A stretch of DNA of 64,000 bases from Fistulifera solaris (taxonomy: Eukaryota): assembly GCA_030295235.1 (NCBI GenBank), contig AP026179.1, positions 248,001-312,000 of the forward strand, read 5' to 3'. The position numbers were made by a program, and so were the translations under genes. The notes beneath the pieces are model-generated. The model made no database searches. It saw only the letters and a program-made list of their open reading frames with translations, and had not been told where the DNA came from. Positions within the stretch are counted from its first letter, which is position 1. Each line of letters starts with the position of its first letter. Of this stretch, positions 48,924-59,825 are shown piece after piece.

Positions 48924-50100
48924 AGAGAGATTGGTGTCACTGTATGGAAAATGAAAAATGTGACTTCAAAACAATGGACGCCAATAATTGTTATTCGTCT
49001 TTTTCGATGGATGATGGATGTTTTCGGGTAAGAAGTCATTCGAGACATTAACAGATTACACAATAGTCATTGGTCATCGTTCTCCGTTTCTCTATGATCT
49101 ATTTTGTCAAGAGATAGTTTTATCAGTCAGCGTCCGGCTATCTTAACTTCAATACGCAACGGAAAAAAGTTACTTTGAAATCAAGGTACGTTGTCTTTTT
49201 CGATTAGTCGTCTGTCATCTGGGATGTTCCGATATGAAAGTAGAAACGCGTCGTCACTCGTCACTCGACACTCGACACCCTTCATAAACGGACGTTCCTG
49301 TGTATTCAGTACTACATACACAGAACAAGCTAGAGAGAAAAAAAAATGAACATACCTTATCTTCCTGGTTTGCATTCCTGTAACCGGTAACTTGCAGCGA
49401 GAAACTTTTTGTAGGTACCAGTAGAGAGTAGAGCCACAGTGCAATTGCTGGTTGCTGCTAGCTGCATTCTCTCTAGCTGGACTCTTGTTGAAGCTTGTGC
49501 GGTGCACCTTGCAAAGAGTATAATGACGTCTTGCTGTCATCATTCTTGATTTTGATTCGACTACGGATTACGGAATACCTTCTTTTCAATCGCATAGCTA
49601 AATGCTAAATGCAAAATGCTGATCGCATATCGCATAGCAAAGCCTTTTTCTTGGGCCTTGTGTCTTACATGATTGCATTGGAGGTTGCATTCTTGATGGG
49701 ACAATGGACTCACGTGGATCGGGGCCATCAAAAACTGGACGAAGGTTCCGCTCACGAACTGCAAAACTTACGTTGTGATTAACATCATGATCATTATTAT
49801 TTCTAATGCTATCGTCAAGACTCAGCATTTAGGACGGATTAACTTACAAACGTTGTTACTTGGAAAAAGCAGTTGATAATTTATACATTGATACGACGAC
49901 CACCACGAATAAATAATCTCGAATGCCTTGGTAGGTACGTCCGTCGCTCGTTGCTGCGAAGGCGTCTATAAGGCGCGAAGCGACGTCGTCAACACAAACA
50001 ATAAATGCAATTGAAAGTGCTCAAACAAGAAGTCTGTTTTAGCGACGGGATGTACATTTGATTGAATCATTTTTGTTCGTCTAAACATTGACAAAGAAGC

Positions 50101-50889
50101 ATGACAGATCGCGGCAAGAAGACACGATGGGGATTATCGGGTGGCGCAACGACTAACAATCCTTCGATCAGCGACGAGGAGGCGTTGCAAGCACTCTTGT
50201 CTTCGGCACAAGCGCACAAAGACCAGTGCAGCCGAGAAACGGATGCTATGCGACGACGCTGTGATGATACAAGGAAGAAACGTCCTCGCGAAGAAACGAC
50301 GAAAACGAATGAGAATGAAGCAAAAGACAATTACTACGGACCGACCAGTCGTTCGAATACTAGCGACAATTCACACGTCGACAAAAACGACGATAATGCT
50401 CCGATGGACAAACAAAAAGCAAATTTCGGTTTATCCGGTGCACTCACGAAGGATTCTCGTACCGGAAACATTTACAAGGGAGTGTTACTGAAATTTCAAG
50501 AACCTCCGGAAGCTCGAACCCCCAATACATTGTGGAGGTTTTATGTCTTCAAAGAAGACAATCCGGATCCCATTGAAACCTTGCATGTCTCCAAACAAAG
50601 TGCTTTTTTGATTGGTCGTAATGCGGAGATTGCGGACATTGTTGTGCAACATCCTTCGTGCAGTTCACAACACGCAGTGCTGCAATATCGTGCCCTACCG
50701 CGGGAGGATGGTCGTTTGCACTGTCAGCCGTATCTGCTGGACCTTGAATCGACCAACGGGACTTTTCTGAATGGAGTGCGGATCGATGCGGCGCGGTATT
50801 ATCAACTCAAAAAGGGGGATGTTTTGAAATTTGGGGCGTCGACGCGTGAATATGTGTTGCTGACGGCGAATACGAAAACCATCAAGTAG
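50101..50889 (+). CDS. SNIP1: FHA-domain splicing factor, SNIP1/DAWDLE/Pml1 homolog
   Basis: NFGLSGAL, EPPEAR, LIGR, HPSCSSQHAVLQYR, DLESTNGTFLN, KFGASTREYVLL. Confidence 0.9.
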   Translation: MTDRGKKTRWGLSGGATTNNPSISDEEALQALLSSAQAHKDQCSRETDAMRRRCDDTRKKRPREETTKTNENEAKDNYYGPTSRSNTSDNSHVDKNDDNAPMDKQKANFGLSGALTKDSRTGNIYKGVLLKFQEPPEARTPNTLWRFYVFKEDNPDPIETLHVSKQSAFLIGRNAEIADIVVQHPSCSSQHAVLQYRALPREDGRLHCQPYLLDLESTNGTFLNGVRIDAARYYQLKKGDVLKFGASTREYVLLTANTKTIK

Positions 50890-51498
50890 GAATGGCAGCT
50901 TCGTTGAGTGGATGATCGCTTGACGACGGTTTCAAAAGCTGCATTTTCGGCATCTATTAAAGAAAATATTCGATGATCGAGTGCACAAAACGTTTGGCGT
51001 AACCATGAGCGATCTCTCCGCGAACAAGTCTTTCTGATAAATAAAATGGGGATGTTGTAGCCCCCTACCGGTACCTGCATGACTTGAGTTGCATTCGCGA
51101 TGGCGAAATTCCTCCCTGCTTTGTAACTGAGGGTGCGGTACCTGGTACCAGGTAATAAGCACGTACTGAAATGTCATGACTGGATGCTTTGTGATTTGGG
51201 TCACGGTTACTTTCATTCATGCGGCATACTTGGCGTTTTGAATCCTGATTGATGATGATTCATCAGTGCATCATCGATCATAATAATTCTGTATATTGAT
51301 CAAATATGCGAAAGACCAAGCGCATTCAATATATATTTTCCCGAAAAAAAGTTTTTTATCAATAGTATCACTTCAGAATCTGTCTTGGAAAGCTTGTTCT
51401 ACATTGGCGACCATCCATTCGAACGCTCGCCAATTACAAAGTATTAATCCGATTGAGTTTGCTCGTTCATTTCCACCAACTTTTTCCTCGCCTTGATC

Positions 51499-52011
51499 AT
51501 GCGCGCTTCTTTCTTTCTTCTTCCCTGGATTTTCGGTAAGCTTATTACTCTACTGGGAACCAATATTATTTCACACAAGTTAATTTCACTTTCTCGTTCA
51601 TTTTGAAAAGGATGCCCTACAATGAGTTGGGGAATTCATGATTCCCTCTTTGGTCGCGAAGGAATCTTTTGTGGTAATAATAGAGGAGAAGATAACACTC
51701 GCTCGTGTTCGAGACAAGTTGGACTGGGTCTTTGCTTGGATGCTCAGATGAAATACTACCCAAACTGCTTTGCTGTCGGTGTCACAATTGACGATTGTCA
51801 GCAGGTAGCGACCAGCCAGAAGAATGCGATTGGCTGGGAATATTTTCGCGATGAAGATGTGTGCAATATATTGTATGATGCAACCGCAGCGTTCAGTTGT
51901 CCACCCAAGTTTGTAAAAAATGATGACCCGACATTAGAAGGAACGGGCCCCATTGATGATAGTGATGATGATACGCAATTTAGGGAGATTTGCTACACAT
52001 GTAGCAATTAG
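51499..52011 (+). CDS. Small secreted Cys-rich protein, family member C. Intron 51536-51610
   Basis: Same signal exon and phase-1 intron. VGLGLC..YPNC..CQQVA..IGWEY..GTGPI..CYTC. Confidence 0.75.
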
Positions 52012-52481
52012 GTCTGGCGTAACTGAAAGTCAGTTAGTAAATAAGACAACTGCGTAGTAGAGGACAACTTTTCCCTTCTTGTATTCGTCGTTTTTCTGGC
52101 CTTTTCATCATATCATCATGATCCAAATAAGGCAAACGATTGAAACGGCGATTCGCATAGGCGATGCACCATTGCGGAAAGTACACCATGGATATCACTC
52201 AACTAATGTATCTGCATTGCTAACGCAGTCATCCACCACAAAAACTAAAATCACAGGCAAAGCCGTGGCATTGGTAACACGCTATTAAAGAATGTGTCGA
52301 ATAGACACGAAGTAGCCGCTATCTGTCGCTTTGGGTAGCTCGTACTGCACTTTGCTTGCCTTTGAAATCTTTAAGTGGGCTCGGTGTAAGTGATACTCAA
52401 GACACTTGATATAATGAACCCAGCTTTTAGAGTCGGTCAACTTGTCAAACACAATTTTAATCACAGGGAGCTCTATGAACA

Positions 52482-54197
52482 TTAAAAAGGAAGTTGTGGG
52501 GTCGAGTACACTCCCGCCAAGGCAAACTCTTCGTCCTTGACGGTAATATTTCCCGACCACACATCGTCATCGTCGTCGAAGTCGCTTGCCCTGGCCGCTG
52601 CCACTATGGCTTCGGGGGTACCATCGACAAAAGCCGACCGGCCGAAATGATGACTGTCAATACTGCCCACGGATATTGAGGCAGTACTGACATCGAATGA
52701 TGCTCGCCGTAAAGTCTTTCTTCCTAAGGGCGACAACTGGTACTCTTCGTCGGACCAGTGCGACGCTGTGTCGCGTGTACGATGGTCGTCACCGTAGCCT
52801 ATTGAGCTGTATGTACTCGTCTCAGCGGTGGTATTCAATGACTTGTTCATTGCTTTGCTGTATGTGGGTATTGTGATGACGGTCGGTGCTGGAACTTTGT
52901 TTCCGTTCGAAGAGAGATTCATTCCAACTCTCTGACTGGATGTGTGCGATATAACGTTGACCTTTTCTTTCTCAATTTGCTCCACCCACTCCACAAAGGA
53001 ACTCTCATCGTCGCCTTGACCACTACCAAACACAAACTCAGCGCTCGAAGGGGCCCCCTGCTCTTTCTGGAACCGTTGTATGCGGCGTTGGTAGGCACTC
53101 CCTCCCAAGAAATTAATGGGAGACGATGACACTTCATTCTTCCACACTGCAAGAGGCGTGCTAGCCGCGGCTTGGTATTGGGTGTCTCTGGATGGGTTAA
53201 AACTCATACGGGAATGGAACGGACTGTCGATTTGAGGATTCGACGGAACCGAACCTCCTTTGTTACTGCGTGCACAACTTCGATGCGTCTGTTCCTCCAG
53301 TCGTAACGATTCAAACGAATGTTGCACTTCTGGTAGGGATTCCTTCTGCGCAGCCTGTCGCAATAAATCCGTTCGCTCTAACCGTTGCACGATACGAGGC
53401 GTAATGATTATCGCATCTTGCCGTGTGTCTTCGAATGGATGGTCCTGTTCGGTATTCCACTCAATGGGCTCATCTTTCTTTACTTCCATGCCTTGGCTCT
53501 TGGGCGAAAGCAACGCGTGGGGTAAAGCACGATCTTGCTTCGAATGAAAACTCTGTTGAGGCAATATGCATTGATGAAGATCGCAAGCCATTCGTGGTTG
53601 ATCTACTTCGTCGCGTGAAGGATTGTTGTTCGGTTTGTATTTTTGACAAATAAGCTTTCGTAACACAGGGCGACGTCTGGGACTTGTAGTGTCGTCCGTT
53701 TCTTGTGTCAACTTTTCGTGTTCAACAGGAGACTCGTTGTTTTTGCCTGTCTGTTTACTACAAACAAGTCTCTGCAGAGGAAGACTGCATGTATTGTGGT
53801 GCGAAGACCCCAACCTTTCTTGATCTTCTTGCTGCTTCCAGAGATTCGCTTCAAAGTCGGTGACAGAGGCAGGTGAGCGCTGTCGCGATGAAGAAGCAGA
53901 TAACGGTGTCAATGGCAGTGTGCGGGTGGGACTGATCGAAGTGGACGTCTTTTTTTCGTTCTTTGAATAGGGTGTGAATTGTCGCAAGTTGTTTTTCTTC
54001 GACTGATGTTCCACTGTAAGTGATTCTGATTTCCCTGTTTCACTCATCGGCTCAGCGATTGATTCATTTAAAATTAGTTCGAAACCGGCTTCAGTTGCAT
54101 CAACAGAGTCGGGAGCACCCGCGGAAAAATATACAACGAGAACTTCGCTTCCCCGAGACGGCGGAGAGGATGAATGCTGTTGTGTTACGGCTTCCAT
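52482..54197 (-). CDS. Hypothetical Ser-rich disordered protein
   Basis: Uninterrupted 571-aa ORF with no recognisable domain. Confidence 0.6.
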   Translation of the reverse strand: MEAVTQQHSSSPPSRGSEVLVVYFSAGAPDSVDATEAGFELILNESIAEPMSETGKSESLTVEHQSKKNNLRQFTPYSKNEKKTSTSISPTRTLPLTPLSASSSRQRSPASVTDFEANLWKQQEDQERLGSSHHNTCSLPLQRLVCSKQTGKNNESPVEHEKLTQETDDTTSPRRRPVLRKLICQKYKPNNNPSRDEVDQPRMACDLHQCILPQQSFHSKQDRALPHALLSPKSQGMEVKKDEPIEWNTEQDHPFEDTRQDAIIITPRIVQRLERTDLLRQAAQKESLPEVQHSFESLRLEEQTHRSCARSNKGGSVPSNPQIDSPFHSRMSFNPSRDTQYQAAASTPLAVWKNEVSSSPINFLGGSAYQRRIQRFQKEQGAPSSAEFVFGSGQGDDESSFVEWVEQIEKEKVNVISHTSSQRVGMNLSSNGNKVPAPTVITIPTYSKAMNKSLNTTAETSTYSSIGYGDDHRTRDTASHWSDEEYQLSPLGRKTLRRASFDVSTASISVGSIDSHHFGRSAFVDGTPEAIVAAARASDFDDDDDVWSGNITVKDEEFALAGVYSTPQLPF

Positions 54198-54949
54198 TTT
54201 ATGTGATGAAAATTGTGTTTCGGCTTTAATGCTAAAAATAAAGTGATGTTTATTTAAGCAAGCGAATTCTAGAATTGAAACTCGAATGAGAAGAAACGAG
54301 AATGAGAAAGATCTTGATTATTCTCGTCGCTTTTGGTGTATTTGTCGCGTTGGTTTTTCTGGTTTTTTCTGTTCGCAGATGCGGACAAAAAAGGCGGCAT
54401 GAAAATGTGCGGGTGTGGGCGACGTGTACCGTTGCATTAACAAAACAACGTGCTGCATGGCGCACCGAGATCAATTCGGGTTCCCCTCAGCTGAAATAAC
54501 GTCAATTGCGCCAGCGTCAAACTTGTGCCTTTGCACATTAAGCTGTTAGCTATATAAATTAAAATTCAACAAAAGTGAAAGACTTAGTCTTGTTGCTGCT
54601 GTTCAGTTGTAGTCTGAGTTTCGCTCTTGATTAAAATCATGTCGTGTGTGGTCGTCAAGACAACACTTTGGTATCATTTTTAGATGCGATTAATAACCAT
54701 AAACACACGTTTCCAGAATTTTTAAAACATACACATAATTGCTGTAGTACTGAAATCAACGTTTCCGGAATTTCTGGAACTTACACAGATTTTTCAGGAG
54801 GAAAATCACCGTTTTCAGAATTTCAGGATGTCAAACAGAATTTCTATACGACCGAAAACACCACTTCCAGAATTTCTATGACGTACACAGAATTTCTGTA
54901 TTACCAGTATTGGGGTGTTTCTAGAAACTCGTGGGACAGGAAAATTTCT

Positions 54950-56287
54950 CTATTGGAATATTGAGTCTATGGCTATAATATCACGATACGGAACAAGACG
55001 CCGCCGCTTGCGATTACGCTGAATGGACCGGAAATCCGAGCTCCTGTATATTGGTGACGATGTCGCTTGTCGAGACAAGCCCAATGTGGCAACGGTAGGG
55101 TCTCTCATAAGTAACAGATGCAAACAGCCCAAATCGTCGCGCGCTTGTATCATGGCTTCCACTCGAACATCTTGAGAGCCATCCATCGGATGTTGACGAA
55201 ATCCCTCCAAGTTTTTATGAATTTGATTCAATCGTACGTGACACTGAATAAAAGCCATAGTGCTGTCGCTCCTTTTCAGGCACCAAATTATCAGCGTCAG
55301 GTCCGTGATGTTTCGATTCTGTTGCACGAGCTGCAACCAACTGCCTAAAATATCTTTGGAAAATTTTCTCTCAGTGAACAGTTGAGCTACAGTCTGAATT
55401 GAAGGGTGCTGTCGTAAACCTTCAGTCGCCATGCGGCAAAGAACCGATTCCGTAACGTTGATTTCTTCCAAACGAATGTTGGTCAAGGATGTATTTGATT
55501 TTAATGTGTCCACCAGTAACACATCCCATTGATCGAGCTGACTGTAACGCAGCCTTGTAGAGACTTGATGTTCGGCGACAAGTTGCACTTTGTTTAAACT
55601 AAGAGACAGGAGTGTAGGTGAGTTGGCTACAAGATTCGTCAACACATCCAGACTGGTGATTTGCCAATTGGTCAACTCAATGGATTGCAAGAGCGGCATT
55701 TGTGGAATTATTTCCAGCAACAACCCCAAACCTTTTTTTCGGTCTTTGCATTCATTGAAATAATCGCGTGTATTGCTAAATGAAACCTTCTTGAGTGACG
55801 GAAATGCTGTGGTGTTAGGTAAAGAACGCAAAAAAGACCGCTGATTCTCTGAAAATTGTTCTACATAATCCCAACAGTGCAAAATCAGTTCTTCTAATTC
55901 CGGCTGTTGCTCAACGATCATTTGAAATGTAGAAAAAGGCACATTTCGAAACAAAATATCCATCAATCGAAGATTGCGAAGCTTCATGAGCGGCCGTAGA
56001 AAACTGGTCAACGCTACAAAAAATTCCGGCGTACTCCGTTCTCCCTGTACATTCACAAACATATCAGTGATGGAAGTATTCTTTTCAATAGCGGCACGCA
56101 GCTGCTTTTCGTGCTCAGCAAGGCTGTCGCGATTTCCCCGCCGCCAGCTGCGTAGGCGTCGTCTTTTGTTCTTGTAATGAACGTAATGTTTTATAACATC
56201 GACTTCTTTCTCCTCGTTCTCTCGCAGTATTTGCACCAGCGAGGATAAGGATCCATCTGCATCTTCTGGGAAGGAAGTCGACATCAT
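54950..56287 (-). CDS. Leucine-rich repeat (RNI-like) protein
   Basis: 445-aa ORF with LxxLxL repeats (LRNLRL, LEELIL, LQSIEL, NTSLTNIRL, NITDLTL) and a diatom-type LRR tail. Confidence 0.7.
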   Translation of the reverse strand: MMSTSFPEDADGSLSSLVQILRENEEKEVDVIKHYVHYKNKRRRLRSWRRGNRDSLAEHEKQLRAAIEKNTSITDMFVNVQGERSTPEFFVALTSFLRPLMKLRNLRLMDILFRNVPFSTFQMIVEQQPELEELILHCWDYVEQFSENQRSFLRSLPNTTAFPSLKKVSFSNTRDYFNECKDRKKGLGLLLEIIPQMPLLQSIELTNWQITSLDVLTNLVANSPTLLSLSLNKVQLVAEHQVSTRLRYSQLDQWDVLLVDTLKSNTSLTNIRLEEINVTESVLCRMATEGLRQHPSIQTVAQLFTERKFSKDILGSWLQLVQQNRNITDLTLIIWCLKRSDSTMAFIQCHVRLNQIHKNLEGFRQHPMDGSQDVRVEAMIQARDDLGCLHLLLMRDPTVATLGLSRQATSSPIYRSSDFRSIQRNRKRRRLVPYRDIIAIDSIFQ

Positions 56288-57748
56288 GAAGCATGTAGAA
56301 GTAAGATCGAACAGCTATGACGCAAATAACGAAGAAAAAAAAAACAGAACGCCGCGGCCGCCGCGGTCAGATTTCGTGACTGCAGTCATGGTGGTTTTTG
56401 GGGCTACAGTAATTTGGGAAAGCAACTATCAACGCGATTTTGGACATCCAAAAATACAATTTCGATTCGTGATGATGTTGAAGGTTATTTTAAAAATGGA
56501 TGGTGAACTAATTTTATTGAAATGATTATTAGTAATGAAAAACAATGTGTGGCCAGCCAATTTTAAAAGGGAATTCGCGACTTAGCTTCAGTCGTGGTAA
56601 AGTTGAGAATACACTTCGGACCCATAGTAAAGTCAAAAAAGATAAGGAAGGCTTCTCACCAAAAAAGATTGAGTGTACAGAGTTAATGCCGCTGAAGGTA
56701 GAAATTGCTTCAAAAGGTTAGATGTATTCCGTTGAAGGGAAATGATTAGATGAAACTCAATGTGCTAGGAGCCGGCGTTCCAAACGAAATTCGTGACTGA
56801 ATTGTAGTCCTAAAGTAGTAGCTGGGCGAGACAAAAATACGGAATATTGTACAACCTCGGTGGGATTGTGACAGTCTGCGGTATAAGCGATCGACCAGCA
56901 ATCAGAAATTTGCGCGTTTAGACTCTCTGATTTGATGTTTCATTCATGCTGTTCAAAGACATCGGTCCATTCTTTGGATCCAGCATCTAAGGTGGGTAAA
57001 TAACTTCTCTGCTTTCAATTACGATAAGGTAGTTTGTACAGAGGAATCAATTTACAAACGAAGTTACAAGGAAACGCAGCTATCAGAGCTATTGCTTCTT
57101 GCCCAATTCTCTTCAAGAAAGGAAATTATCTCTGGTGGTTTATAAGGAATGCAATAGTGATACAGACCTTCATTCCTCCACGTGCTACAAGAAGCTGCTT
57201 CGCATATGCACGTGTCATTTGCTATCAAAGAATGACACCCTCGCTTTTCCAATCTCGATTCTCGATGCCAACATATGTTTCAGAAAAGTGGTTGTGATGA
57301 TTTGAGTCGTTTGCATCCGCGGAAACAGTATCGGTGTTGTTTGCTTGTCCGTGTACATCTGTGACCCGAAGTTCCAAGATCTTGTTTTTCTTCCCATTTC
57401 GTTTCCGATATTATGTCTATGTATTCGTGTCACAAGATATTTTCAGTATGTAGAAAACAAGATACAAACATCAAATTACGATTACTATCAGCATTCTCCA
57501 CGTGTCAAGGATCGTTACCATGTTCTTTCAATAGCCCCTTCCATAGCTGTGAGTTAAACTGTAGGCTATTCAGTTCCGAATTCGTGCGCGCCACCAACAA
57601 AAATGAGGTAGGAAAAGTAACACCACTTTGAAATATTGCGTATCTGCCTCATCTCCCTTTTTTTTGCGATAATCAATCCTTCGAATCCTCTTTCTATTCA
57701 ATAAAAGTAGACAGTCCTTAAAGTTTAACAGAGTAGTTCGCCTGGAGA

Positions 57749-59199
57749 ATGCTTTCGCTGCTATCGCTCGTGTCGAGCTGCCTTTGGATGGCCCAGCCAT
57801 CGTGGGCATCTTCTGCTTACGTGAAACTCGACAACGATGTATTCACGGAAAAAGGCTCACCAAGCGTCCGATTACCAATAATGTCTTTAAAATGCCCGAA
57901 AATTCCATGGTGACTTCGACGTTACAGAATGTCGTGGGCGGAGCTCCTTCTGCGTCGGGTGATTTTCCATACAATGTTCTGTTTTCTTCACCAAGTGGCG
58001 TTTGTGCGGGTGTTTTGATTCATCCTGATATCATCTTGACGACTGTCTCGTGTTCGGCGGCACAAACCAGCGATGCACGAATTGGTGGTATTAATACGGA
58101 AACGGGTGTTGTCATTTCGGTAGCCGAAACCGTCGAACATCCCGATTACGATGCAGCTTCCTCAGAAAATGATTTGCGCATCGTGCGACTTTCCACCACG
58201 ACCAATATTACGCCCGTCCCACTCGCTACGACCGTTCCAGCGGTGGCTTCCTCTGTTACAGCCATTGGGTTTGGTGTGACGGCTGAAGATGGAACGGCGT
58301 CGACGACATTGCAAGATGTCGATATAACAGTGTTGGATTTTATCAACTGTGAGAACTTCTTAGACGCTACGGTATTTCCTGCCAGTCAGATTTGTGCTGG
58401 AAATCTCGCCGACGGTCGAGGACATTGCGATCAAGATGAGGGTGGAGCGTTGTTAGCTGGTTCAACACTCGTCGGCTTGTTTAGTTTCAATGAAGCCTGT
58501 GGAGAAGCCGATGAGCCTTCCGTGTACACCAACATTGTCGCGTACTTGGATTTTATTGAAGCCGCTATTTGTGATATCAGCACCGTACCACCGGAAGATT
58601 GTGAATCGGCGGCTCCGACCGTTTCGCCCGTGCCTTCGGTCTCCCCTGCTCCTTCCAGTTCTCCCACGTCTTCAGTAGCGCCGACGGCCGCTCCGACACT
58701 ATCACCGCAACCGACCACCACCGCCCGACCCAGTGGCGAAAGTGGGCCTTCCCTTGTACCCACTTCCATGATGATCTCCGAGTCTCCGGGTGTCACGGCA
58801 GAACCCACAGTCACGGTAGCACCGACGTTGACACCCAGTACGCATGCACCGTCAGAGCGTAGGAAAAGATCCGGCAAGGGCAAAGGTAAAAAGGGAAAGA
58901 AGGGCAAGAAAGGCAAAAAGGGAAAAGGAAAAGGAAGTTATTCGGATAGTGGCAAAGGTAAAGGAAAAGGAGACGCCTACGATGGTAGCGGCAAAGGTAA
59001 AGGAGGAAAAGGCGACTCGTACGACTCCTACTATAGTAGCGGCAAAGGCAAGGGCAAAAAAGGCAAGGGTGATTCAGATAGCTTGGGCAGTTCCGATAGT
59101 GTAACCATTCAGGGCCGAAACGAAGCCGTTCCCTTGTACAAGCTGACCCGCCAACAACGCCGTCGAAGACGCCGTCGCCGTCGATTTGGAAATAAGTAA
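57749..59199 (+). CDS. Secreted trypsin-like pseudoprotease with an S/P/T linker and K/G/S/Y-rich tail (signal recovered by +1 at A5 57849-57853)
   Basis: VVGG, CAGVLIHPDIILT, HPDY, NDL and QICAG are present. The catalytic motifs are altered (LTTVSC, DQDEGG). The tail is KGKKGKKG...YDSYYSSGKG. Confidence 0.85.
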
Positions 59200-59825
59200 T
59201 GGTGTTGCTGTTGCTCGTACAAACAGGCGGATAAAAACGAATTTTTAGTTTTACATGGTTTCATTAAGAATTGACTTATTGCTAGATGGTTCATCTTTTT
59301 AAGGCATGTATCTTTGTCGAACCTATCTGCCTCGTTTTGGGAAAACAAAGCTTTGCAAAGAATACGAGTACTAGCCGGGATGTAAGGAAGTTGTTGTAAA
59401 GTCATTTCTAATAACAGCGTCCTTTTCATCTGTTGTCTAGTTCAATTCGTTAACCAGACAGATATGTTATAAAAACGCTGTGAGACCATATTTGCCTTGA
59501 CTGCATCCTGTAATGAGTCAGCAGTCAACAGTCAACAGTCATCTACCCAGTACATAAATGCCTATACGGTCTTCGCTACACAATAACAGGAAACGTAAAA
59601 TCAATAGTAATATACACTATCCTGTAGGCCCCTTTTTATCGATAGGATATTACTATGGCAGCTGTTTGCTAAGCGGGGCTAGATAAATAACATGTGTAAG
59701 AGCGCAATTCTTGGTTCTTTTCCAAGCTCACAACAAACCACACCCTCCGACACTGCACATCTTCTTCTTGTGCTTTCACACGGCTTCTCATTCTCATCTT
59801 TATACAATTCCAATACGACACCAAC

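Noticed and set aside
56300..57740. Short ORFs or a mobile element in the spacer before the trypsin-like gene
   Set aside because: No transposase or reverse-transcriptase motifs and no terminal repeats recognised.
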